In this document: piece by piece, positions 16,056 to 24,484 of the stretch
Layout: every line of letters begins with the position of its first letter
Numbering within the stretch: the stretch's first letter is position 1
Assembly: GCA_040775045.1 (NCBI GenBank)
Contig: JAXGTH010000003.1
Coordinates: forward strand, 1 to 51,837
Origin: Bacteroidales bacterium
Lineage (GTDB): Bacteria > Bacteroidota > Bacteroidia > Bacteroidales > B18-G4
Direction of reading: 5' to 3'
DNA: 51,837 nt
The notes under the pieces: model-generated
Databases searched by the model: none
The model's input: only the letters and a program-made list of their open reading frames with translations
What the model was told of the DNA's origin: nothing
Translations under genes and position numbers: made by a program

Positions 16056-17081
16056 TTAAATGCTCCACGTTTTCAAGCCTGTGACCGTGAATTCATAGGG
16101 ATGTGCAACGCCACCGTATTTCTTCAGTGCTTCTATAACCTGGTGACGACTGTTGTTCGGACAATAGAAAAGGATGAAACCGCCGCCGCCCGCACCCGAG
16201 ATCTTTCCCCCGGAAGCGCCGCTCTTCAGAGCGGTCTGGTACATTTCATCGATCACCGGATTGGTGATCCCCGGAGCAAGTAATTTCTTATTGTGCCATC
16301 CATAATCGAGGATCTCCCCTATCCTGTCGAGCTCACCCTTCAGGATGGCCTCCTTCATCATCATGGCCTGTATTTTGAGCTTATGGGAGGCATCGAGCGA
16401 CGAAGCATCACGGTCTTCGATGTTCTTGGATTGCCTGGCGATGATCTCCGACGACAAGCGGCTGGTCTCGGTATTGAAAAGCACGAGGTTATAGGAAAGT
16501 TCGTCGAGGTACTCACTGCGGATCCGCAAGGGGTTTACCACCACCTTTTCACCGTTGTAGAATTCCATGTAGTTTACCCCGCCGAAAGTGGCGGCATACT
16601 GGTCCTGCTTGCCACCTGCCATCCTCAGGTCGAGGCGTTCGATCTCGTAAGCCAGCCTTGCCATATCATATTCACCCAGTGGCAGTTTCAGCCATTCGGC
16701 GAATGCACCAAGAATGGTCACAACGAGGGTGGAGGATGTGCCAAGTCCCGATCCCGGGGGGGCATCCACAAAGGTCGAGAGTTCGAATGACAGGGGCTCT
16801 TTGGAATAATCCTGAACGATACGGTTATAGATACCTTTCAACAGGTTAAGCTCTCCGTTGATCTCGAGCCTATCGGAAGAATCAAAAACCAGGTCCTTGC
16901 CGTTATCAAGCGATCTGAGGATGATCTTGTCATCAGTGCGCGGAATAATGGTGGCATAGGCGTATTTATTGATGGTAGCGTTAAGCACGGCTCCGCCATA
17001 CAGATCGGAATAAGGTGCCACATCCGTTCCGCCCCCGGCAAGACCGAGTCTCAGGGGCGCCTTGCTTCTGTAAAGTTTCAT
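16056..17081 (-). CDS. GHMP-family sugar kinase (HddA-like D-glycero-D-manno-heptose-7-phosphate kinase candidate)
   Basis: The N-terminus KAPLRLGLAGGGTDVAPYSDLYGGAVLNATINKYAY and the GHMP motif PPGSGLGTSS. ATG at 17081; a GTG at 17090 would overlap the upstream stop (GTGA) and is an alternative start. Confidence 0.75.
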   Translation of the reverse strand: MKLYRSKAPLRLGLAGGGTDVAPYSDLYGGAVLNATINKYAYATIIPRTDDKIILRSLDNGKDLVFDSSDRLEINGELNLLKGIYNRIVQDYSKEPLSFELSTFVDAPPGSGLGTSSTLVVTILGAFAEWLKLPLGEYDMARLAYEIERLDLRMAGGKQDQYAATFGGVNYMEFYNGEKVVVNPLRIRSEYLDELSYNLVLFNTETSRLSSEIIARQSKNIEDRDASSLDASHKLKIQAMMMKEAILKGELDRIGEILDYGWHNKKLLAPGITNPVIDEMYQTALKSGASGGKISGAGGGGFILFYCPNNSRHQVIEALKKYGGVAHPYEFTVTGLKTWSI

Positions 17082-17086
17082 CGTCG

Positions 17087-18238
17087 TCACGCTCCTATTT
17101 TATCACAGAGTTCATCGATGGTTTTCAGGAATACCTCCCAGCTGTATTTCTTTTTTTCCTCTTTTACGTTGGCCGTAAAGGCTTGTTCCTTCTTTTCATC
17201 AAAATACTTCCTGATGGCTTCGGCAATGGCTTCGGCATCCGGTTCAACCACATATCCGGCCACACCGTCGGGCACCATCTCGGGCAGCGCCCCAACCCGG
17301 GTCACCACCATGGGTTTATCGAAATGGTAAGCGACCTGCGTGACCCCGCTCTGCGTCGCATCGCGATAGGGTTGCACCACAAGGTCGGCAGCACAAAAAT
17401 AGCGCACCACCTCGGCATTGGGTATGAACTCATTGTTCATGATCACCTTATCATAGACTCCGAGATCATCGACAAGTTTCCTGTAGGGATCAAAATCGTC
17501 GTAAAATTCACCGGCCACGATAAGCTTAAGCGGCAGGTGTGTCAGTTTTTCACTTGCCAGAGCCCTGATCAGCAGGTCGAGCCCCTTATACTTCCTCACG
17601 AGTCCAAAAAACAGGAGATAGTTGTAACCCGGCGGAAGGCCAAGGGCATCAAGCGCTTCCTCACGGCTGATCGCCTTCCCGTAATTATCGTAGAGCGGAT
17701 GGAGGCAAAGCGCACGGGGCTTGGTCTTGTTAAACTGTGCCAGGTCGTCCATTACGGCTGCCGACATGGTGATAAAGCCCTGCACCGGTTTAAGGAAATA
17801 CCTTGTCAGGCTCCTGTCGCCGGGCCTGTGCTCATGTGGGATCACGTTATCGGTGATGGCAACCACCCTGGTCTTCCTGTTCTTCCTCACCTTGCGGGCA
17901 ATGCAACCCAGTGCAGGGCCCATGAAAGGGATCCAGTAGCGGATGACAACCAGGTCGGGGTCCAGTCGCCTGATCATCCTGCCTGTTTTTATCCAGCTGA
18001 GGGGATTAATGGAGTTGATGGTACTCCTGATGCGAATCCCTTCCGGAGCAGGCTCGTCGGTGAACTGCGACTTTCCGGGGAACAGGAAAGAGGGGTATTG
18101 CAGGCTGAAGCTGAATATCTCAACCTCGTCGCCCCTGTCGGCATACGCTTTTGCAAGCCTTTCGTTGAAGGTCGACATGCCGCCACCACGCAAGGGGTGG
18201 GCAGGCCCGACGATGATTATTTTTCGCTTCGCTGCCAT
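17087..18238 (-). CDS. Glycosyltransferase, GT4 (group 1) family
   Basis: 383 aa with a GT-B layout. The C-terminal half has the E-x7-E-like region (...YRDATQSGVTQVAYHFDKPMVVTRVGALPEMV...). Confidence 0.75.
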   Translation of the reverse strand: MAAKRKIIIVGPAHPLRGGGMSTFNERLAKAYADRGDEVEIFSFSLQYPSFLFPGKSQFTDEPAPEGIRIRSTINSINPLSWIKTGRMIRRLDPDLVVIRYWIPFMGPALGCIARKVRKNRKTRVVAITDNVIPHEHRPGDRSLTRYFLKPVQGFITMSAAVMDDLAQFNKTKPRALCLHPLYDNYGKAISREEALDALGLPPGYNYLLFFGLVRKYKGLDLLIRALASEKLTHLPLKLIVAGEFYDDFDPYRKLVDDLGVYDKVIMNNEFIPNAEVVRYFCAADLVVQPYRDATQSGVTQVAYHFDKPMVVTRVGALPEMVPDGVAGYVVEPDAEAIAEAIRKYFDEKKEQAFTANVKEEKKKYSWEVFLKTIDELCDKIGA

Positions 18239-18250
18239 GCCGGGTCCTGA

Positions 18251-19210
18251 TCAGGTCCTCTTCTCTTCTTCTATTCCGAGCTTCTGGCGAATGATGTATT
18301 TGTTCCTGTCGTGTGTGCTGCGCGAGATCATCTCCGCCAGGAATCCGGCAAGGAACAGCTGCACCCCAATTACCATGGCCAGCAATGCTAGGTAAAAGAG
18401 AGGCTGGTCGACGACATCCCTGCGGGCAAGCCGGAAGATCTTTTCGATGATGAGCCACAGGGAGATGATCCCGCCACCAAGGAAAAAGATGGTACCAATG
18501 GAACCAAAGAAATGCATGGGCTTTTTCACGAAGCGGGTTACGAAAGTGATCGAAAGCAGGTCGAGGAAGCCCTTGATAAACCGTTCCATCCCGAATTTTG
18601 TCCTGCCATATTTCCTTTCCTGGTGAAGGACCACCTTCTCCCCTATCCTGGTAAATCCGGCCCATTTGGCAATGACCGGGATATAGCGGTGCATTTCACC
18701 GTACACTTCAATGCTTTTTACGAGATCGAGCCTGTAGGCTTTCAGTCCGCAGTTGAAATCATGCAGTTTGATTCCCGACATCATGCGGGTGATACGGTTG
18801 AAGAATTTCGAGGGGATGGTCTTTCCCAGGGGATCGTGCCTTTTCTTTTTCCAACCGGAAACCAGGTCATAACCGTCCTGCATAATCATATTATACAATG
18901 CCGGGATCTCCTCGGGACTATCCTGCAGGTCGGCATCCATGGTGACCACCACATCGCCCCCGGCCACTTCAAAACCCGAGTTCAGCGCCGCCGACTTCCC
19001 GTAGTTGCGCCGGAAGCGGATCCCCTTGATGTTCCTGTCCGACTCACTAAGGTGCTCGATAAGTTGCCACGAAGCATCGGTGCTGCCGTCGTCGACAAAA
19101 ATGATCTCATAAGAAAGTTTATGTTCTTCCATCACGCGCCGGATCCAGCCTGAAAGCTCGGGGAGCGACTCTTCCTCGTTGAGGAGGGGTATGACGATAG
19201 AGATATCCAT
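18251..19210 (-). CDS. Glycosyltransferase, GT2 family, polyprenyl-phosphate sugar transferase-like (GtrB/ArnC/DPM1 type) with two C-terminal TM helices
   Basis: SIVIPLLNEE, FVDDGSTD and DADLQD motifs, plus C-terminal hydrophobic helices. Confidence 0.8.
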   Translation of the reverse strand: MDISIVIPLLNEEESLPELSGWIRRVMEEHKLSYEIIFVDDGSTDASWQLIEHLSESDRNIKGIRFRRNYGKSAALNSGFEVAGGDVVVTMDADLQDSPEEIPALYNMIMQDGYDLVSGWKKKRHDPLGKTIPSKFFNRITRMMSGIKLHDFNCGLKAYRLDLVKSIEVYGEMHRYIPVIAKWAGFTRIGEKVVLHQERKYGRTKFGMERFIKGFLDLLSITFVTRFVKKPMHFFGSIGTIFFLGGGIISLWLIIEKIFRLARRDVVDQPLFYLALLAMVIGVQLFLAGFLAEMISRSTHDRNKYIIRQKLGIEEEKRT

Positions 19211-19217
19211 GGAATCC

Positions 19218-19769
19218 TTATTGTAACCTTACAGATTCTTCCTTTTTGATAAAGATCGATGTGATCAGGGCAATCAGTATACCGAAGAAAGAATAAATGA
19301 AAATGGACATGATCCCGAAGCTGACAGGGCTGTACATATAATCTGACCATATCGCCGCCTTCGAGGCATCTTCTTTAGTCATCTGATCCCGGTCTTCCAT
19401 TTTCTGTATTTCTGTTTTTGCAACAGTCCGCAGCCGAACCACTTCCGAGTCATCTATGTATTTGTGGAAGATCATGGTATAGCATGCGAGGATGATGGAA
19501 GCGAACAGAACGGTAAGAAACCCTATTTTAACTGCTTTACCATAAGATATAAAGCCTTTCCACTTTTTATTCCTGTAATCGGTGGATGCCCATACGATCC
19601 CTGCCGTCATAACGATCAGCATGATTATAAAACCATTTGTAGACTTGTGATAATCAGCCAAAAAAAGGATCAGGTGGGTAAAGATCATGGCAACCGAGAG
19701 AACGAGCCCGTAAAATAAGGCCGATTGTCCGGCAGACGGTTTGATTTCGATTTCTTTGATTTCTTCCAT
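19218..19769 (-). CDS. DUF4199-like small membrane protein
   Basis: Four predicted TM helices. It sits directly upstream of a GT2 gene, a pairing I recall as typical for DUF4199 in Bacteroidota. ATG 19769 is chosen because the TTG at 19793 lies inside the promoter box. Confidence 0.55.
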   Translation of the reverse strand: MEEIKEIEIKPSAGQSALFYGLVLSVAMIFTHLILFLADYHKSTNGFIIMLIVMTAGIVWASTDYRNKKWKGFISYGKAVKIGFLTVLFASIILACYTMIFHKYIDDSEVVRLRTVAKTEIQKMEDRDQMTKEDASKAAIWSDYMYSPVSFGIMSIFIYSFFGILIALITSIFIKKEESVRLQ

Positions 19770-19790
19770 GGTGCTGATATTTGAGTTATG

Positions 19791-19798
19791 CAAATGTA
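19791..19798 (-). promoter_or_regulatory. -7 promoter box (TACATTTG on the minus strand) for the DUF4199-GT2-GT4-kinase operon
   Basis: Exact TAnnTTTG, 21 nt upstream of ATG 19769. Confidence 0.5.
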
Positions 19799-19909
19799 GT
19801 TTTTTTTTCGTTACACCTTTAAACCATTGAATTCCTGATGCCCCTTACCTGTTAACCGGGGCAGGGCAATAAACCGGAAGGACGGCCTTGCGGAAAGTAA
19901 ATAATTTTG

Positions 19910-19917
19910 TATCTTTG
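19910..19917 (+). promoter_or_regulatory. -7 promoter box TATCTTTG for the SRP RNA
   Basis: Exact TAnnTTTG, a few nt upstream of the first base of the SRP RNA closing helix. Confidence 0.55.
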
Positions 19918-19920
19918 TGG

Positions 19921-20022
19921 CCGGGTAAGTCTTTCACGACCAGCTCCCGTTGAATTCCCCCAGGTCCGGAAGGAAGCAAGGGTAGGCGGTCGTAGCGGTG
20001 CGATGTAAGGTACTTACCCTTT
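19921..20022 (+). ncRNA. ffs: Signal recognition particle RNA (small/4.5S type)
   Basis: It contains the universally conserved domain IV sequence CAGGTCCGGAAGGAAGCAA. The 5' GGGTAAGT (19923-19930) pairs with the 3' ACTTACCC (20012-20019). It is followed by a run of eight T. No ORF explains this region. Confidence 0.85.
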
Positions 20023-20035
20023 TTTTTGATAAAGC

Positions 20036-20647
20036 ATGTTACTTAGGATACATCCGGAAACCCCCTCTGAGCGGCAGATCAGGATCGTCACAGAGTGTCT
20101 GAACGACGGTGGGGTGATCATCTTCCCCACCGACACCATTTATGCCATCGGTTGTGATATTTATAAGCCAAAGGCTGTCGACCGGGTTGCCCAGATCAAG
20201 GGGGTGAAGAAGGAAAAGGCCAATTTCAGCTTCATCTGCCACGACCTCAGCCACCTTTCGGAATTTTCAAGGCCCATCGACAATGCCGTTTACAAACTGA
20301 TGCGACGGAACCTGCCGGGCCCCTTTACCTTTATCCTCGACGCCAGCAACAAGGTTCCCAAGATATTCCAGAGCAGGAAAAAGACGGTCGGGATCAGGGT
20401 CCCCGACAACAACATCGCAAGGGAGATCGTCAGGAGCCTGGGTAACCCGATCCTCAGCACTTCCATCCATGATGATGATGATATCCTGGAATACACCACC
20501 GACCCGGAACTGATCTTCGAAAGGTACAGCAACCTCGTCGACCTGGTCGTAGCGGGCGGATATGGCGACAACACCGCTTCCACCATCATCGACTGTACCG
20601 GCGCCGAGCCACTGATCGTTAGGGAAGGGAAAGGCATATTGCAATGA
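20036..20647 (+). CDS. tsaC: L-threonylcarbamoyladenylate synthase (YrdC/TsaC family, t6A biosynthesis)
   Basis: 203 aa single YrdC domain with IFPTDTIYAIGCD, NLPGPFTFIL, VGIRVPDN and STS motifs. Confidence 0.85.
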   Translation: MLLRIHPETPSERQIRIVTECLNDGGVIIFPTDTIYAIGCDIYKPKAVDRVAQIKGVKKEKANFSFICHDLSHLSEFSRPIDNAVYKLMRRNLPGPFTFILDASNKVPKIFQSRKKTVGIRVPDNNIAREIVRSLGNPILSTSIHDDDDILEYTTDPELIFERYSNLVDLVVAGGYGDNTASTIIDCTGAEPLIVREGKGILQ

Positions 20648-20751
20648 TCCCTCCTGACAGGATAATGCCGGGTATAGCGCGTCATGATTTCAAACCTGCA
20701 GACAAAGGCCAAAATATGCCCCCTGATCCTTGCCATTTAAAAAATATTGTC

Positions 20752-20759
20752 TACCTTTG
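20752..20759 (+). promoter_or_regulatory. -7 promoter box TACCTTTG for tRNA-Lys
   Basis: Exact TAnnTTTG, 12 nt upstream of tRNA position 1. Confidence 0.55.
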
Positions 20760-20771
20760 CAGCCGCAAAAT

Positions 20772-20844
20772 GATTGGCTAGCTCAGTCGGTAGAGCAACG
20801 GCCTTTTAAGCCGTGGGTCCTGGGTTCGAATCCCAGGCCAATCA
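20772..20844 (+). tRNA. tRNA-Lys (anticodon UUU)
   Basis: I folded the cloverleaf by hand. Acceptor GATTGGC/GCCAATC, D stem GCTC/GAGC, anticodon stem ACGGC/GCCGT with loop CTTTTAA, T arm CTGGG-TTCGAAT-CCCAG, discriminator A. No CCA is encoded. Confidence 0.95.
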
Positions 20845-20845
20845 C

Positions 20846-20878
20846 GATAAAGCCCCGTTTCAGGGGCTTTATCATTTT
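20846..20878 (+). terminator. Intrinsic terminator after tRNA-Lys
   Basis: 11-bp stem GATAAAGCCCC / GGGGCTTTATC with loop GTTTCA, followed by ATTTT. Confidence 0.75.
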
Positions 20879-21076
20879 CCACTACCACCTGCCATACCTG
20901 GTAACCTGACCCGAACCCCATTTTCGTTCCTGGAATAACGGATCCGGGCAGAAATCCGAAACATTTATCCCGACATGATTGCTCCAGTCTGATATTATTT
21001 ATTAACTTGCCTAGTCATCCGGACCCGGATTGTCCGGGTGTTTTAATAACATTTTATTAACCAAAAAATTATCAAG

Positions 21077-21523
21077 ATGTTTGATCCTGTTTTACTTTAC
21101 ATGCCGGGTGCACTGGCAATTTTTCCTATCATCCTGATCGTCCTCCTGGTATCGCTGATCCCGATGGTGTTTTACATCCTTACCCTGCAAAAGGCGTTGA
21201 ACCGTGTTTCGCCGGAGAACCGTGCCATGCCGGCTGAAAATGTCTGGCTGTTGCTTATCCCTGTTTTCAGCCTGATCTGGCATTTCATCGTGGTAAACAA
21301 TATGGCCAAAAGCCTCGCCGCTGAATTCAGCAAGCGCGACATCAAAGTGGAAGAGGTAGAGCCGGGGAAATCCCTGGGACTCGCAACCTGCATTCTGCAG
21401 GTATGTGCCGTTATACCTTTCCTGGGTTTCCTGGCTGCCCTGGCCGGGCTGATCTGCTGGATCCTATACTGGATCAAGATCGACGGATACAGCACCAAGC
21501 TGCTCTTCCAGCAGGCAGGTTAA
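21077..21523 (+). CDS. Small integral membrane protein, unknown function
   Basis: 148 aa with 4 hydrophobic helices and ATG start. No motif recognised. Confidence 0.5.
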   Translation: MFDPVLLYMPGALAIFPIILIVLLVSLIPMVFYILTLQKALNRVSPENRAMPAENVWLLLIPVFSLIWHFIVVNNMAKSLAAEFSKRDIKVEEVEPGKSLGLATCILQVCAVIPFLGFLAALAGLICWILYWIKIDGYSTKLLFQQAG

Positions 21524-21562
21524 GGCATGGCAAAGTTTTCTCTACCGTAAAAACGACAATAT

Positions 21563-22120
21563 ATGGATCCCGCAAGGGCTGAACAACTGTTGAGGAAATA
21601 TTATCCCGCCGACAGCCTTGCTTTCGAATATCTTTTCAGGCACAGCATGGCTGTGGCAACCCATGCGGTGAGGGTCGCAGAAGTCCACCACGGCCTGGAT
21701 CCTGATATTGAATTTATCCACACCAGCGCCTTGCTCCACGACATCGGCATCTTCCTGACATATGCCCCGGCTATAGGTTGTTTCGGCACCCACCCCTATC
21801 TCGCACACGGCTACCTGGGTAGGCAGCTTCTGGAGGATGAGGGCTTCCCGGAACATGCCCTTGTATGTGAGCGGCATGTGGGCGTGGGGATCTCACGCGA
21901 AGAGATCATTGCACGTAACCTGCCCCTTCCGCATCGCGACATGATACCGCTAAGCCTGGAAGAGGAGATCGTATGCTATGCCGACAAGTTCTATTCCAAG
22001 AAACCCGGCAAGCTGGATGTGGCAGAAAGCCCTGAAAGGATATTGAAAAAACTGGCGAAATACGGGCCTGATAAACCCGCAGCCTTCAGGGCCATGATGG
22101 ATAAATTCGGGGTGCTGTAA
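21563..22120 (+). CDS. HD-domain (HDIG-type) metal-dependent phosphohydrolase
   Basis: H...HD signature (RHSMAVATHA ... ALLHDIG) and downstream ERHVG/ADKF blocks. Confidence 0.75.
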   Translation: MDPARAEQLLRKYYPADSLAFEYLFRHSMAVATHAVRVAEVHHGLDPDIEFIHTSALLHDIGIFLTYAPAIGCFGTHPYLAHGYLGRQLLEDEGFPEHALVCERHVGVGISREEIIARNLPLPHRDMIPLSLEEEIVCYADKFYSKKPGKLDVAESPERILKKLAKYGPDKPAAFRAMMDKFGVL

Positions 22121-22123
22121 GCT

Positions 22124-24475
22124 TTAGTCGCTCAGTACCGTAAATCTTACTGCCGCGGTAGCCCCCTGCTCGTCCACGGCCGTTATGATATGTTTCCCTT
22201 CAGCGGGGCTGATGGCCATGCGGTGCATATTTACTGTTTCTCCAAGGTATTCCTCGTCGAGGTGCCAGTAAACCTTCAGGCCGGGATCGCGGTGTGCTAT
22301 CTCAAATACAACCTGCCCCCTTCTCCCGGACAGTTCAACAGGGATGAAGATCCTGGCGTTGTCGTCAGGATAGAGGAAAGCCATGACTTCACCTTCCAAC
22401 TGAGGATTGCAACCCTGCCGGTATGGAGGAAGCGGCCTGTACCAGGCATGCCCTTTCCTGTAGTACCATTCCATGGCAGGCGGCAGGGTGAACCAGTTCC
22501 TGGTCACGATTGCGGAGGGTTCTATGCACTCGTCGTTCACCCTGTACCGCTCCGACGGGTCGAGGTGCACGGGGTGATGGAATGGACAGGGGGCTGAACC
22601 GAGTCCCTTCGAAGGTACCCAGATGCTGTCGGTCTCCTCACAGTACGGTCCGGTGCGGTAGCCGCTCTGCCGGCAGACGCCGATCTTCTCCATTTCATCA
22701 AAAGGCTGTTCAAACCATGAAGTGCGGGGCAGAAGGTCGAAGAGGTCGAACAAAAGCGGTGCAGCCGCTGTCAGGCCCGTAAGTCCCGGCCTGCCTTCGC
22801 CGTCGGCATTGCCTGCCCATACCGCTACCGTATAGCCCGGGTCGGTACCTACTGCCCAGGCATCCCTGAAACCGAAACTCGTTCCGGTCTTCCAGGCAAG
22901 CCTGCGCGAAGAGGTGAATGTTTCCCAGGCAGCTTCGCGCTCTGGCCTGTTCACCTCTTCCATGGCTTTGAAAGCCAGCCATATGGCTGCCGCTCCCAAC
23001 ACCTTACCCCCCGATGGCGTTGGCTGCTCATCCGCCTGACCCGGGGTAATTACCGGCGGATGTATATCTTTTACATCGTATTTGCCGCTGTTTGTGTAAA
23101 AATGATTAAGGGTGCGCGACAGGCCTGCGTAGATGCCGGCAAGGTCCCATAAGGTAACTTCGGCACCGCCCAGGATCAGGGACAGGCCATAGGTGCCTGC
23201 CGGCCGGTCAAGGCTCTTCATACCGAGGTCCTCAAGAAAAAATTTAAAGCGGTCGACACCAAAATCCCTCAGCATGTTCACTGCCGGGACATTCAGCGAG
23301 CGCGCGAGCGCTTTTTCAGCTTTTACTGCTCCATCGTAGGTATCGCTGAAATTTTTGGGAGTGAAGCCCGACATACTGGTCGGGATGTCGGCAACCAGCG
23401 TTGTGGGAAGGATGCTGCCCTCGTCAAGCATCGCTGCATATAGCAGAGGCTTCAGCACACTGCCGCTGCTTCTGCGGGCTGTCACCACATCCACCATTTT
23501 TCCGTGCCCTTCGGCGGGCAGGGTGGTATTGCCAACATAGGCCAGAACCTGCCCGCTCCCTACTTCAAGTATCAGTGCCGATGCATTATGTATCTCATTA
23601 TTTTTTAACACTTTAACATGCATATCCAGCAACTCCTGTGCGCGTTCCTGTATGGCCTTGTCAATGCTTGTCCTGATCCTCTTTCCCTCATGGGCAGCAT
23701 GCATCCTTGCAAGCAGGTGCGGGGCCATCTGGGGCAGGGGTCTCGGGTTGCCGGGCAAAGGCTCCTGAAGCGCAAGCTGCCAGTCGAGGGTGTCGATAAA
23801 ACCCTGCTCCAGCAGTTTATCAATCAGGGCATTCCTCTTTATCATCAGCGATTCCCTGTTCCTGCCGGGATGGATGAGCGAAGGGGCATTGGGGAGCACG
23901 GCAAGGCATGCGGCATCGGCCCAGGTAAGCTCCTGTGGACTGCAGGAGAAATACCTCCATGATGCGGCCTCCAGCCCCACCACATTACCTCCAAAAGGGG
24001 CATGCGACAGGTACATCCGGAGGATCTCTTCCTTGGTGTAGATCATCTCCAGCCTTACAGCCAGGAAAATCTCCACCATTTTTTCCTGGAGTGTCCGGGG
24101 CTGTCCTTTACGCATCAGCCTGATGACCTGCATGTTGATGGTGCTTCCCCCGCTGACGATCCTTCGGCTGGCAAGGTTCTGGCCTGCAGCCCGCAACAGG
24201 GCAAGGCCATCAATACCCGGATGCTGATAAAAGTTCTTGTCTTCGAAAAGGATGATACAGCTTTTCATCCTGTCGGGGATGCTGTCGGGTGGCGGAAAGC
24301 GCCACTGTCCGTCACCGGCGATCATGGCCCCGAGCAACTTTCCTTCCCTGTCCTCCACGACCGTCGACAGGGGATCATCAAAAGCAGGCGGTCTGATCAG
24401 CAGGCATGTGGCCAGCAAGGCCATAACCAGTAATATCCACCGGAACCTGCCGATTATTTTCACAGCATCACGCAT
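22124..24475 (-). CDS. pbpC: Penicillin-binding protein 1C (bifunctional glycosyltransferase/transpeptidase-like)
   Basis: N-terminal TM anchor and a GT51 block (FEDKNFYQHPGID, GGSTINMQVIRL). Transpeptidase-like middle (SSGSVLKP = SxxK). The C-terminal extension is typical of PBP1C. It sits directly downstream of an alpha-2-macroglobulin gene. Confidence 0.85.
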   Translation of the reverse strand: MRDAVKIIGRFRWILLVMALLATCLLIRPPAFDDPLSTVVEDREGKLLGAMIAGDGQWRFPPPDSIPDRMKSCIILFEDKNFYQHPGIDGLALLRAAGQNLASRRIVSGGSTINMQVIRLMRKGQPRTLQEKMVEIFLAVRLEMIYTKEEILRMYLSHAPFGGNVVGLEAASWRYFSCSPQELTWADAACLAVLPNAPSLIHPGRNRESLMIKRNALIDKLLEQGFIDTLDWQLALQEPLPGNPRPLPQMAPHLLARMHAAHEGKRIRTSIDKAIQERAQELLDMHVKVLKNNEIHNASALILEVGSGQVLAYVGNTTLPAEGHGKMVDVVTARRSSGSVLKPLLYAAMLDEGSILPTTLVADIPTSMSGFTPKNFSDTYDGAVKAEKALARSLNVPAVNMLRDFGVDRFKFFLEDLGMKSLDRPAGTYGLSLILGGAEVTLWDLAGIYAGLSRTLNHFYTNSGKYDVKDIHPPVITPGQADEQPTPSGGKVLGAAAIWLAFKAMEEVNRPEREAAWETFTSSRRLAWKTGTSFGFRDAWAVGTDPGYTVAVWAGNADGEGRPGLTGLTAAAPLLFDLFDLLPRTSWFEQPFDEMEKIGVCRQSGYRTGPYCEETDSIWVPSKGLGSAPCPFHHPVHLDPSERYRVNDECIEPSAIVTRNWFTLPPAMEWYYRKGHAWYRPLPPYRQGCNPQLEGEVMAFLYPDDNARIFIPVELSGRRGQVVFEIAHRDPGLKVYWHLDEEYLGETVNMHRMAISPAEGKHIITAVDEQGATAAVRFTVLSD

Positions 24476-24484
24476 GATTCCTCT

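Noticed and set aside
17015-18250. A 411-aa plus-strand ORF, and many other 100-250-aa ORFs such as 600..1184, 13316..13933, 37868..38605, 40318..40959 and 41130..41753.
   Set aside because: They lie entirely antisense to genes with strong family signatures (GT4, ClC, BNR, uvrB and others). They have low-complexity, H/G/R/P/S-rich compositions and no recognisable motifs. They are typical shadow ORFs of codon-biased genes.
20772-21076. tRNA-Lys as an integration site for a genomic island or prophage.
   Set aside because: There is no integrase, no duplicated tRNA 3' segment downstream that I could find, and the flanking genes are ordinary housekeeping genes.
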